Origin: Octopus vulgaris
Lineage: Eukaryota
Direction: 5' to 3'
Length of the DNA stretch: 64,000 bases
Assembly: GCA_951406725.2 (NCBI GenBank)
Contig: OX597839.1
Span: 23,560,001-23,624,000, forward strand
Part shown: positions 40,650 through 52,838 of the stretch, in pieces
How positions within the stretch are numbered: the first letter of the stretch is position 1
Layout of the letters: the number at the start of each line of letters is the position of its first letter
Made by a program: the position numbers and the translations under genes
The notes under the pieces: model-generated
The model's database searches: none
What the model saw: the letters and a program-made list of their open reading frames with translations, nothing else
What the model was told of the DNA's origin: nothing

Positions 40650-40968
40650 GACACTTTGGGTCATGAATGGCTGTGGGATTGCTCCCAGACAGTTCCTCTC
40701 TGAGGCACAAGTCCAGGCAGACCAGCAGTCACCCATGCATACCAGCCTCTCTTCTCCATGCCACTGATGTTACCCGAGGGAAAGGCAAACATTGATACAG
40801 CTTGGCACCAGTGATGTCACACCTCATTTCTACAGATGAGTGAACCGGAGTAACATTAAATAAAGTGTCTTGCTCAAGAACACAACACACAGCCTGATCC
40901 AGGAATTGAACTCACTACCACACGATTGTGAGCCTGACACACTAACCACTGAGCCATGCGCCTTCACC
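40650..40968 (-). mobile_element. SINE family B
   Basis: Reverse complement of the 20097-20432 type. Confidence 0.87.
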
Positions 40969-41267
40969 ATGAGTTATGATACAGTAACTATATTGTTACA
41001 ACTCTGTAATTCTGTTACTATACTAAAATAGCTATATTGACAGGTGGAAGCCACAGAGAGGAGGTATTGTAAGTTTCATGTGACATACACAGCTAAATGT
41101 TTTTCTAATTGAAATGCAGCAATGGTTTGCAGAATTTCTAAAGATTAAGTACCCATTGTGAGTGGCATATAAGGGTAGATCTGCTGTATGGTGTGGCTTT
41201 ATGAAAAGATGTGCTGGTGGACATTACAGGAGAAAGACAGTCACACAGACAGACATTTTTTTTTTTT

Positions 41268-41649
41268 TACTTGTTTTCAGTCATTTGATTGCGGCCATGC
41301 TGGAGCACAACCTTTAATTGAGCAACTCGACACCGGGACTTATTCTTTTGTAAGCCCAGAACTTATTCTATCGGTCTCTTTTGCCGAACCGCTAAGTGAC
41401 GGGGACGTAAACACACCAGCATCGGTTGTCAAGCAATGCTAGGGGGACAAACACAGACACACAAACACACACACATACATATATACGTCGGGCTTCTTTC
41501 AGTTTCCGTCTACCAAATCCACTCACAAGGCTTTGGTCAGCCCGAGGCTATAATAGAAGACACTTGCCCAAGGTGCCACGCAGTGGGACTGAACCCGTGA
41601 CCATGTGGTTGGTAAACAAGCTACTTACCACACAGCCACTCCTGCGCCT
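41268..41649 (-). mobile_element. SINE family A
   Basis: Full length. Confidence 0.92.
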
Positions 41650-41964
41650 TGCAAGTGCAAGAAGGTTGTCATTTAGAGTTGTGTCTATCACCTTTGAGAT
41701 GCTTGAGGTGAGTGGAGTAAGACAGAAGTTGGCACGGTCCAAGGGATGTTGTTGTGTGGTCCCAAAGATTGAGATCCATACATAGAGAAAATAAGAGAGG
41801 GGGATGAGGTGGAGGGATGAGAGACAGACAGACAGACAGACAGAAAGAGAGAGAGTGGGAGAGAGTTTGCAGAGTCAACCCTATGTCAACCAGACACAGC
41901 ACCTGCAACCGGACCAAATCATCATCATCATCATCATCATCGTTTAACGTCCGCTTTCCATATA

Positions 41965-42053
<89 letters not shown>

Positions 42054-42130
42054 TAATAATAATGATGATAATAATAATAATAATAATGGTAATAATGATA
42101 ATAATAATAATAATAATAATGATAATAATG

Positions 42131-42200
<70 letters not shown>

Positions 42201-42534
42201 TAGCTACCTAACTCAGATACCAGGAAACCCCAAAATGGCAGAAATTCAAATGCTCATATCCCACGCAAAATACTTTCTATGTAATCTCAAGGTTTTAAAA
42301 CAAGCATAATTTTCGGTTTTTAAAAAAAAAAGGGAAGAGAAAAAGGAAGGAAAAATAAAATATTATTTTTTTTTTTTTTTTAGACATTCATTAGTACAAC
42401 ACCAAAAACTCCCCCACAAATATATGGCACACTAGGCATAACAACAACATGAACTTCCAACCCTGTTGTCTCCTGAGGTCTCTGGGTGAGACTTGGAGCC
42501 AACTTGTACAAATATAAAGCAAAAGTCAAACATA

Positions 42535-42535
<1 letters not shown>
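42201..42535 (+). mobile_element. R4/Dong-like LINE 3' end inserted in (TAA)n
   Basis: YLTQIPGNPKMAEIQ..AHIPRKILSM*; 3' UTR CCTGAGGTCTCTGGGTGAGACTTGG; (TAA)n on both sides. Confidence 0.65.
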
Positions 42536-42582
<47 letters not shown>

Positions 42583-42964
42583 TGATGATGATAATAATAA
42601 TAATAATAATAATGATAAAACATTTGCCTACCACCACTTCTACAGCTACCACCAGCTAACACCAATCACCACAACCACCACCACCATCATCATCACCACC
42701 ACACCACCACAACCATCATCGCCACTAACACCAACATCTCTCGACTACATACCCAAGAAGAAGAAGAAGAAGAAGAAGAAGAAGAAGAAGAAGAAGAAGA
42801 AGGAGAAGAAGAAGAAGAAGAGCAAGAACTCCAACTCTAGCAGCAGCAGTAGTGGTAGTAGTAGCAATATATACAAATTACACATTTTAATCATTAATTC
42901 CCAATATTCGTCTAATTAACTTTTAATTACGAAATGTTGAAACAGAATCTTATGTGTGGGTAGT

Positions 42965-43580
42965 TGTTGTGTGTGTGTGTGTGTGTGTGAGTGTGTGGGT
43001 GCAAGAGGGAGTGTGTGTGTGTGTGTACAAGAGGGAGTGTGTGTGTGTGTGTGGGTGCAAGAGGGAGTGTGTGTGTGTACAAGAGGGAGTGTGTGTGTGT
43101 GTGTGTGTGTGTGCAAGAGGGAGTGTGTGTGTGTGTGTGGGTGTACAAGAGGGAGTGTGTGTGTGTGTGTACAAGAGGGAGTGTGTGTGTGTGTGTGGGT
43201 GCAAGAGGGAGTGTGTGTGTGTACAAGAGGGAGTGTGTGTGTGTGTGTACAAGAGGGAGTGTGTGTGTGTGTGTGTGTGTACAAGAGGGAGTGTGTGTGT
43301 GTGTGTACAAGAGGGAGTGTGTGTGTGTGTGTGGGTGCAAGAGGGAGTGTGTGTGTGTACAAGAGGGAGTGTGTGTGTGTGTGTGTGTGCAAGAGGCAGT
43401 GTGTGTGTGTGGGTGCAAGAGGGAGTGTGTGTGTGTACAAGAGGGAGTGTGTGTGTGTGTGTGGGTGCAAGAGGGAGTGTGTGTGTGTACAAGAGGGAGT
43501 GTGTGTGTGTGTGTACAAGAGGGAGTGTGTGTGTGAGTGTGTGTGTACAAGAGGGAGTGTGTGTGTGTGTGTACAAGAGG

Positions 43581-43635
<55 letters not shown>

Positions 43636-43850
43636 CAAGAGGTGTGTGTGTGTGTGTGTGTACAAGAGGGAGTGTGTGTGTGTGTGTGTGTGCAAGAGGG
43701 AGTGTGTGTGTGTACAAGAGGGAGTGTGTGTGTGTGTGTGTGTGTGCAAGAGGGAGTGTGTGTGTGTACAAGAGGGAGTGTGTGTGTGTACAAGAGGGAG
43801 TGTGTGTGTGTGTGTGTGTGTGCAAGAGGGAGTGTGTGTGTGTGTGTTTG
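42965..43850. repeat. (TG)n array punctuated by CAAGAGGGAG
   Basis: More than 30 units with variable (TG)n spacers. Confidence 0.95.
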
Positions 43851-44604
43851 TGGGTGTAGAGGTTTGTTATAGGTATGTATGTCCAAATATATGTGTGAGT
43901 GTGAGTGTGTGTGTGTGCATACAAGTGAGTGTGTGTGTGCATAAGTGTATCTATGCTTGTATGCATGTGTATGTGTGTATGTCTATATATCTATATATCT
44001 ATCTATATATATATATATATTCACGCACACACACACATGGATGTGCATATATCTATGTGCATGTATATGTTTGTATGTGTGTACATATGCATGTATGTAT
44101 ATATGAATGTGTTTATGTATATAAATATATAAATATACACATATGTTTATGTATGTGAATGTGCATGGCTCAGAGGTTAGAGCATTGGGCTCACAACCAT
44201 GAGGTAGTGAGTTCAATTCCTGGGCCAGGCTGTGTTCTGTGTTCTTGAGCAAAATCACTTTATTTCATGTTGCCCCAGTTCACCAGATTCCATGTCTTGT
44301 CTTCTCAAGCACAGCAAATCGCCAGAAGCTCCGACCCCTTCTCATCTCCTCTGTGAGACCCCAATGTCTTAAGACCCTGTGTTTGTGTAAATATTTATAT
44401 AATACTCTGCTACTGTGGCCATGCTGGAGCACCGCCATAAAGAGTTTTATGCAAGCAAATCAATCTGGGACTTAATCTTTGTAAGCCTGGTACTTATTTT
44501 ATCAGTCTCTTTTGATCAATTGCTAAGTTACAGAGACATAAACACACCAACATCGGTTGTCAAGCAATGGTGGGGGGGAACAAACACAGACACAAACTGA
44601 TATC

Positions 44605-44819
44605 TCTTTCTCTTTTACTCTTTTATTTGTTTCAGTCATTTGACTGCAGCCATGCTGGAGCACCGCCTTTAATCGAGCAATTCGACCCCAGCACTTATTC
44701 TTTGTAAGCCCAGTACTTATTCTATCGGTCTCTTTTGCCGAACCGCTAAGTGACGGGGACGTAAACACACCAGCATCGGTTGTCAAGCAATGCTAGGGGG
44801 ACAAACACAGACACACAAA

Positions 44820-44862
<43 letters not shown>

Positions 44863-45022
44863 TACATATATACGATGGGCTTCTTTCAGTTTTCGTCTAC
44901 CAAATCCACTCACAAGGCTTTGGTTGGCCCGAGGCTATTGCAGAAGACACTTGCCCAATGGGACTGAACCCGGAACCATGTGGTTGGTAAACAAGCTACT
45001 TACCACACAGCCACTCCTGCAC
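44605..45022 (-). mobile_element. SINE family A (partial copies adjacent at 44410-44597 and 45045-45200)
   Basis: Family sequence. Confidence 0.9.
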
Positions 45023-45355
45023 CGATGTATACATTTATATATACAGTGGTCTTTTATCAGTTTCCGTCCACCAAATCCACTCACAAGGCTTTTGGCAAAC
45101 AAAAGCTATAGTAGAAGATACTTCCCTGAGGTGCCATGCAGTGGGACTGAACCCAGAACCATGTGGTTAGGAAGCAAGCTACTTACCACACAGCCATGCC
45201 TACACCTGTTGTATATGTTTGGCTCAGATGCATGTGATTGTGTACATATGTAAAGTCTGACTTTGTGTAAGTGTGTATTTGTATGTACATGTGTATGTAT
45301 GCAAAGTGTGTGTGTTTGTATAAATGTGTAATGATGTGCTTGCATGTATGTGTAA

Positions 45356-45760
45356 TACTCTTTACTCTCTTTTACTCTTTTACTTGTTTCAGTCATTTGA
45401 CTGCGGCCATGCTGGAGCACCGCCTTTAGTCGAGCAAATCAACCCCGGGACTTATTCTTTGTAAGCCCAGTACTTATTCTTTCGGTCTCTTTTGCCGAAC
45501 CGCTAAGTGACGGGGACATAAACACACCAGCATCGGTTGTCAAGCGATGCTAGGGGGACAAACACACACACACACACATATATATATACATATATACGAC
45601 AGGCTTCTTTCAGTTTCCGTCTACCAAATCCACTCATAAGGCATTGGTCGGCCCAGGGCTATAGCAGAAGACACGTGCCCAAGATGCCACGCAGTGGGAC
45701 TGAACCCGGAACCATGTGGTTGGTTAGCAAGCTACTTACCACACAGCCACTCCTGCGCCT
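45356..45760 (-). mobile_element. SINE family A
   Basis: Full length. Confidence 0.92.
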
Positions 45761-45914
45761 ATGTAATGTGTATGTTTCATGTATACACAGAATGTATTTT
45801 TATGCAAATATGAACATGTGTGCTTCTGTATATATACATATAAAGTATATTTATGTATATATACACACACACATACACACGTTTATAGAGAGCTAAAGAG
45901 AGAGAGGGGGCAGA

Positions 45915-46253
45915 GAGACCCCTGTCAGTAAAGAATGACCATGGGATTGCACCATGAAAGTTCCCCTCCAAAGCACAAGCCTGAGCAAGGTTGCTTATGG
46001 AAGACCAGCAGTCGCCCATGCATACCAGCCTCCTCCTCTCCATGCCACTGATGCTATTCAAGAGAAGGGCAAAGGGGCTGATACAGCTTGGCACCAGTGA
46101 TATCAGAAGTCATTTCTACAGATGAGTGAACTGGAGCATCGTGAAATAAAGTGTCTTGCTCAAGAACACAACACACAGCCCAGTCTGGGAATCGAACTCA
46201 CTACCTCATGATTGTGAGCTCAATGCTCTAACCACTGAACTATACACCTTCAC
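45915..46253 (-). mobile_element. SINE family B
   Basis: Family sequence. Confidence 0.85.
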
Positions 46254-46841
46254 TACACACACACACACGCACTTACATACATACATACATATACATACAT
46301 ACATACATACATACATACATACATACACATATACATATACATATATATAGTCCAGCAGTGGTTCCCATGGGGAGATCCTCTACAAGTGAACCTTCTCCAT
46401 CACAATTTCTATATGGACCTGCGAGGGGCCTGTACCCTGCCCTGCTGTTGCTAAGTAGGTTAAGGGATCTTTGGCTATCATGACTAGACTTGGAATGAAT
46501 GCTGAAGAATGGTTTCCTGGCAGGTGGGATTTGAACTCAGAATTTAAAGAAGCAGAAGATATACTGTAAAGTATCTCTACCAACAATCCAACAATAATGC
46601 TGCTCTCTTTACCTGCAGAGGAAATGTGAAATGAAGTGTTTTGCTCAAGGACACAATGTGCCGCCCAGTCTGGGAATTGAAACCATGGTCTAGCAATCCT
46701 GAGTGCAACACCCTAACCACTTGCCATGTGCCTTCACCATATATATACACATACATACATATGTACATACACACATATATACACATACATACATACATAC
46801 ATACAAACTTACGCACATACATACACACACACATAGACATA

Positions 46842-48127
46842 CAGGGTGTCCCAAAAGTCACTGATGGGTATCAGATTTTAGTAACTTCCTTAATTTACAA
46901 GTAAATGCATGAAATTTTGACACAATATAAAGGACATAATGGAAATTAATCTGCACAAGTCAAATTTTGCAACACCATTACATCACATATGAAGAATGAA
47001 ATCGCTTAAATGGCAGCCATTTTCAGCTTCGCACACCCGAAATCTTTCCAAAACTTACACCATAACACCCTCAAGAGTTTCAGACCCCGCTTCTCTGATT
47101 TCACTGTTGATGTTCTTCAGTTGCACCATGGTCTGTTGACGTTAACCGTCTCATTCCGGAATACATGACTGAAACCTTTTTTGCACCCGGCCATTCAAAG
47201 TAAACTTCACACATGGCTACAGCAAGATGGGGTAACTGCTCTTACTGCAAGAGAAATAATGCAGTTGCTATGGCAGAGCTTTGGAGAGAGAATATTGTCC
47301 TGCAACAGCAATGTTAACTGACCTTCATGTTCCCCAGACTTGACTAGTCCGGATTTTTTTTTTTGGGGTAAACCTGAAAGAGAGAGCTTACGTCAACAAA
47401 CCAGAGACCCTGGGGCAACTGAAAGAGAACATCAATAGAGAAAGCGAGCTGGCAGAAACGTTAGCACGCCGTGCGAAATGCGTAGCTGTATTTCGTCTGC
47501 CGTTACGTTCTAAGTTTAAATTCCGCCAAGGTCGACTTTGCCTTTCATCCTTTCAGTGTTGATAAATTAAGTACCAGTTACGCACTGGGGTCGATGTAAT
47601 TGAATTAATGCGTTTGTCTGTCCTTGTTTGTCCCCTCTATGTTCAGCCCTTGTGGGTAGTAAAGAAATATATATATCTAGGGAGCTTGCTTCCTAGCTAC
47701 ATGGTTTCGGGTTCAGTCCCACTGCGTGGCACTTTGGGTAGGTGTCTTCCACTATAGCCCCGGGCCGACCGAAGCTTTGTGATTGAATTCGGCACGTGGA
47801 AGTTACTGCCGTGTGTGTATATGTGCGTGTAGGTGCTTGCGCCTCTCCGAAAGAGAGAGAGAGGGAATAGAGAAAATAGAGAAGTGGGGTCTGAAACTCT
47901 TGAGGGTGTTACGGTACAAGTTTTGGAGAGACCATGGGTGTGCGAAGCTGAAAATTGCTGCCATTTTAAGCGATGTCATTTTTCATATGTGATGTAGTAT
48001 ATGTTTGACTTGTGCAGATTAATTTCCATTATGTCCTTTATTTTGTATTGAAATTTCATGCATTTACTTGCAAAGTTATGGAAATTATTAAAAATTGAAT
48101 CCTGTCAGTGACTTTTGGGACACCCTG
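46842..48127. mobile_element. Non-autonomous Tc1/mariner derivative with ~300-bp inverted arms
   Basis: TA|CAGGGTGTCCCAAAAGTCACTGA ... TCAGTGACTTTTGGGACACCCTG|TA; internal WLQQDGVTA..SPDLTSPDFFFWG..KERAYVNKPETL. Confidence 0.9.
47443..47865 (+). mobile_element. SINE C plus short SINE variant in tandem
   Basis: Both lie between copies of AATAGAGAA (47434-47442 and 47866-47874). Confidence 0.8.
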
Positions 48128-48165
48128 TATATGTACATATGTATGTATATGTATGTGTGTATATG

Positions 48166-48223
<58 letters not shown>

Positions 48224-48257
48224 CGTGTGTATGTATGTGTGTATATATGCTTGTATG

Positions 48258-48289
<32 letters not shown>

Positions 48290-48295
48290 TATATA

Positions 48296-48700
48296 AGCGT
48301 AGGAGCGGCTGTGTGGTAAGTAGCTTGCATACAAACCACATGGTTCCGGGTTCAGTCCCACTGCGTGGCACCTTGAGCAAGTCTTTTACTATAGCCTCGG
48401 GCCGACCAAACCCTGGTGAGTGGATTTGGTAGACGGAAACTGAAAGAAGCCTGTCGTATATATGTATATATATGTATGTGTGTGTATATGTTTGTATGTC
48501 TGTGTTTGTCCCCCACCAACATCGATTGACAACCGATGCTGGTGTGTTTACGTCCCCGTCACTTAGCGGTTCGGCAAATGAGACCGATAGAATAAGTACT
48601 GGGTTTACAAAGAATAAGTCCTGGGGTCAATTTGCTCAACTAAATGCGGTGCTCCAGCATGGCCACAGTCAAATGACTGAAGCAATTAAAAAGTAAGAGT
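48296..48700 (+). mobile_element. SINE family A
   Basis: Family sequence. Confidence 0.9.
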
Positions 48701-49483
48701 ATATGTATGTGTATGTATGTAAACTGTATGCTCGTATATCTATGTATATACTGTGTATTTGCATATATATTTTGACGTGTGTATATGTACATACTTAGAG
48801 TGTGAGTTGATGCATATGTGCAGAGAGTATGTGTATGTTCCAATATGTTTAATGTTTGTGTTTGAATGAATGTGTATAATGTGTGTTTACATGTATATAT
48901 ATGTGTGCGTTTATGCATGATGGAGTTATTTTTGTTGTTTAGCCCTAGGTCAGCCCTCAGCGAGCAGACCTTGGCTCCTGTGATTGCGTACAAGTGCAAT
49001 GTGTGTCAGTGTGTGTGTAAAATATGAGTGTATAAATGTGTGTGTGTGTGCGTGTGTGTATCGTGTGTATATATTTGTGTGTGTAAATGCATGTGTGTAC
49101 ACACATATGTGCAAAAATGTATGTGTATGTGTGTGTGTGTGTGAGGGCTTGTGTGCATGTGTATATGAGTGTCTGTGTGAGGGTGTGTGTGTGCATGTGT
49201 GAGTGTATATGTATGAGTCTGTGTGTGAGTGTGTGTGTGTGCATGTGTGTGCGGGAGAGTGTGTGTGCATGTGTGTATGGGTCTGTGTGTGTGAGTGTGT
49301 GCATCCATATACATGTGTGTGCGTGAGTGTGTGTGTGTGTGTGTGTGTATGGGTCTGTGTGTGTGAGTGTGTGCATCCATGTACATGTGTGTGCGTGAGT
49401 GTGTGCATCCATGTACATGTGTGTGCGTGAGTGCGTGAGTGCGTGTGTGTATGGGTCTGTGTGCGTGAGTGTGTGCATCCATG

Positions 49484-49534
<51 letters not shown>

Positions 49535-50189
49535 CACTCGATGTTTGCTGACCCTGATTTTAATTCAACTAAAATTGGAAATATTCAATATAATTATAGC
49601 CTTCCTGATTGCGTTAGCCCTCCTCCCCTTCCTCCATCCCCCACCCCACAACTCATCCTCACTTTCCTTCTTCTTCTCTTTCTCTTCCTCTTCTGCCTCA
49701 TCTCTAGTCCCACCACAGATTGTGGTGGTAGGGAGGTAGGATGGGAGGTGTGAATGTGTGTGTGTGTGTGGGGTAATGACAAACTGCTGATGGTGGTGGT
49801 GGTAGTGGTGGTGGTGAGAGTGTTGTTGCTGTTGGTAGTGATGGCGATGGTGGTGGTAATGGTAGAAGTGGTGATGGTGGTAGTGGTGATGGAGATGAAA
49901 GCTAATTGCAGAGATTGAGGTAGGAGGTGGTAGAGAGAAAAGGGTCCACAATGATAATGGTGGTGGTGGTGGTGGTGGTGGTGGGAGGATGTTTTTAGAG
50001 GAAGTTGTTGAAACCACAGAGATAGAGTTTGTAGTGAAGAAGATGGTAGAGGTGGTAGTAGGAGTGGTGGTTGAGATGAAAGAAAAGAGATGTTGGTAGA
50101 TGGAGGAAAGGAGAAGAGGCTGAGGGATGAGATAGAAAAGGAGGTGAGCGGTTATTAAGGAGTGTCACATGGTAAATATTTAATTACTG

Positions 50190-50500
50190 TTTAATTAGTA
50201 TTTGTTACACATTGCACAACTTTTCCCACATTATTTACATTGGACAGACAGGTGGCCTCACCTTGTTTGTTGTTACCACAACATTTCAGCTGGTGTACTG
50301 TCCAGCCTTCATTGGGTGTTCTGGTGTAATTTCGAACCCAACCCTTGATCTGACTAATGGGGTACAAGGTTCTCATTCCTAAGGAATGTGGCTGATATTA
50401 TTTTTCTGTTGAGATTATTTTCTGAGCATTCAACGACAAAATGAGTCTTCAAAGACAGTTGCTCCTGTAAATTCTAATGTAAAATTTAGGATTTATGGAG
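50190..50500 (-). mobile_element. Probable PLE terminal-repeat relic with a decayed hammerhead
   Basis: Minus strand 50277-50318: CAC-CCAATGA-A-GGCTGG acagtaca CCAGCT-GAAAT-GTT-GTG. Confidence 0.5.
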
Positions 50501-50846
50501 AATGAACGTTGAGAACAAAAACATGGCAGAGGAGACATACGAGGAAACCAGATGAAAACAAACATAGAGGATTGTTAGCCCAGAACAAGAGGAAAATAGG
50601 GAATGCTGTGAATGCTGTGAATGCTGTGAAAAGAGAAAAGATAGAAGAGAGAGAGAGAGAGAGAGAAAAAAACACGTCTGCTCTTTTAAACGTCTGTGCA
50701 GGAAAAGAAAGATGGATGATGGTCACGTAGTTTTAATTCATTTGTAAACTGAAACAACTGTAGGTGAATCATCATCATCATCATCATCATGTGTTAAGTA
50801 ATTAATAAATTAATTTGCATCCATTGGATTTCTCTGTTTTCTAACT

Positions 50847-50896
<50 letters not shown>

Positions 50897-51103
50897 GTGA
50901 AATAGAAAGATGAATAATCTTGTAGTAGATTAATCAAAAGTTTAACCGATACCTTAGTAGCAAAAATCACAGCAGTAAACAGCACGGTTGGAGGTACAAC
51001 CATATGGTGTTGCAACCGTGCGTTGGTGCGGATAATTGAAATTAAAACATTATTGGTGAATTGAAGAAATGGAGCTGAACGCAGATTGAACAGAAATCGT
51101 TTT

Positions 51104-51194
51104 ATTTCATTCTACACGTGTTTCGAAAGGCACAAATTACCAAATCCGATTGAATAATGGGACCATATTGTGTCTTTCTCTTCAGGAAGAAAAT
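51104..51194 (-). ncRNA. Type I hammerhead ribozyme, intact core
   Basis: Minus strand ATTTTCTTC-CTGAAGA-GAAAGACACAA..TTGTGCCTTTC-GAAAC-ACGT-GTA-GAATGAAAT. Confidence 0.85.
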
Positions 51195-51296
51195 AGGAAA
51201 TCCGTTGGAAAAACAAAAACAGAACAGAGGCGGAGCAAAAACAAATCGAACTATGCTCCTAAGAGCCCATGTTTTTGTTTTTCCAACGGATTTCCT

Positions 51297-51390
51297 ATTT
51301 TCTTCCTGAAGAGAAAGACACAATATGGTCCCATTATTCAATCGGATTTTGGTAATTTGTGCCTTTCGAAACACACGTGTAGAATGAAAT
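51297..51390 (+). ncRNA. Type I hammerhead ribozyme, intact core
   Basis: CTGAAGA 51306-51312; 11-bp stem II with one mismatch; GAAAC 51368-51372; ACACGT; GTA 51379-51381; 9-bp stem I with one mismatch. Confidence 0.85.
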
Positions 51391-51447
51391 AAAACGATTT
51401 CTGTTCAATCTGCGTTCAGCTCCCATTCACCATAATCTTCAATTATA

Positions 51448-51485
<38 letters not shown>

Positions 51486-51487
<2 letters not shown>

Positions 51488-51893
51488 CTCTTTTACTCTT
51501 TTACTTGTTTCAGTCATTTGACTGCGGCCATGCTGGAGCACCGCCTTTAGTCGAGCAACTAGACCCAAGGTCTTATTCTTTGTAAACCCAGTACTTATTC
51601 TATCGGTCTCTTTTGCCAAACCGCTAAGTGACGGGGACATAAACACGCCAGCATCGGTTGTCAAGCAATGCTAGGGGGACAAACACAGACACACAAACAC
51701 ACACACACATATATAGATATACATATATACGACGGGCTTCTTTCAGTTTCCGTCTACCAAATCCACTCACAAGGCATTGGTTGGCCCGAGGCTATAGCAG
51801 AAGACACTTGCCCAAGGTGCCACGCAGTGGGACTGAACCCTGAACTATGTGGTTGGTTAGCAAGCTACTTACCACACAGTCACTCCTGCGCCT
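51486..51893 (-). mobile_element. SINE family A
   Basis: Full length. Confidence 0.92.
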
Positions 51894-51896
51894 ATA

Positions 51897-51930
<34 letters not shown>

Positions 51931-52041
51931 CATATATATATATACATATATATTCATATAAAATAGTGTGCAAACAATTTATGTATGCTGGCCACCAGTG
52001 TGAGAATTTCTCTAAATTTTCTACCCTTACTATTTTCACAG

Positions 52042-52079
<38 letters not shown>

Positions 52080-52084
52080 AAGAG

Positions 52085-52390
52085 AGCACATGGCTTTGTG
52101 ATTAGGGTGTTGCACTCACGACTGCGAAATCGTGGGTTCAATTCTCCAGACCAGGTGTTGATTTCTGTTCTTGAGCAAAGCACTTCATTTCACATTGCTC
52201 TGCAATCATTTTGACATCTAAGATGTGGCTCCCAGTTGCACCTGTACAGGTAATATCAATCTGATGGAGGGAGTGAGCTTATGTCTACACAAACATTTGA
52301 TCCCTATAAAACAAATCATCTTTGTGGTTGTTTGGTAAGAAATTGTTGAACCCTCATACGTCGTCTAACGACAGGAGAGTCCATTATAGA
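52085..52390 (+). mobile_element. SINE family B-related, older variant
   Basis: tRNA-like head with GGGTTCAATTC and TTCTTGAGCAAAGCACTT core; different 3' part. Confidence 0.65.
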
Positions 52391-52479
52391 CTGAGAGAGA
52401 GAGAGAGAGGGAAAGGGAGAGCTATTCAGTTTCTATATCAGGCAATGCATTGTATCCTTCAGCAAGGTTCTTCCTTTCA

Positions 52480-52838
52480 AGTTTTAAGCCAGTGCCGCCT
52501 CGTCTGGCTTCCGTGTCGGTGGCACGTAAAAAGCACCATCCGAATCATGGCCGAAGCCAGTGCCGCCTCGACTGGCTTCCGTACAGGTGGCACGTAAAAT
52601 GCACCAATCCGACCGTGGCTGAGGCCAGCCTCGCCTGGCACCAGTGCAGGTGGCACGTAAAAAGCACCCACTACACTCAGGGAGTGGTTGGCGTTAGGAA
52701 GGGCATCCAGCTGTAGAAACATTGCCAGAAATAGACCGGAGCCTGGTGCAGCCTTCTGGCTTCCCAGATCCCCGGTCGAACCGTCCAACCCATGCTAGCA
52801 TGGAGAACGGACGTTAAACGATGATGATGATGATGATG
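52480..52838 (+). mobile_element. RTE-type LINE 3' end
   Basis: ...CCCATGCTAGCATGGAGAACGGACGTTAAACGATGATGATG. Confidence 0.87.

Larger units (their letters stand above)
50893..51445. mobile_element. Fold-back element in (TA)n carrying hammerheads on both strands
   Basis: Arms 51071-51221 and 51270-51423 are near-perfect reverse complements around a 48-bp spacer. Confidence 0.85.

Noticed and set aside
42916-44158. Longest ORFs in the window (up to 400 aa) and a repeat-spacer look
   Set aside because: Spacers are only (TG)n, and the ORFs are stop-free because of low complexity
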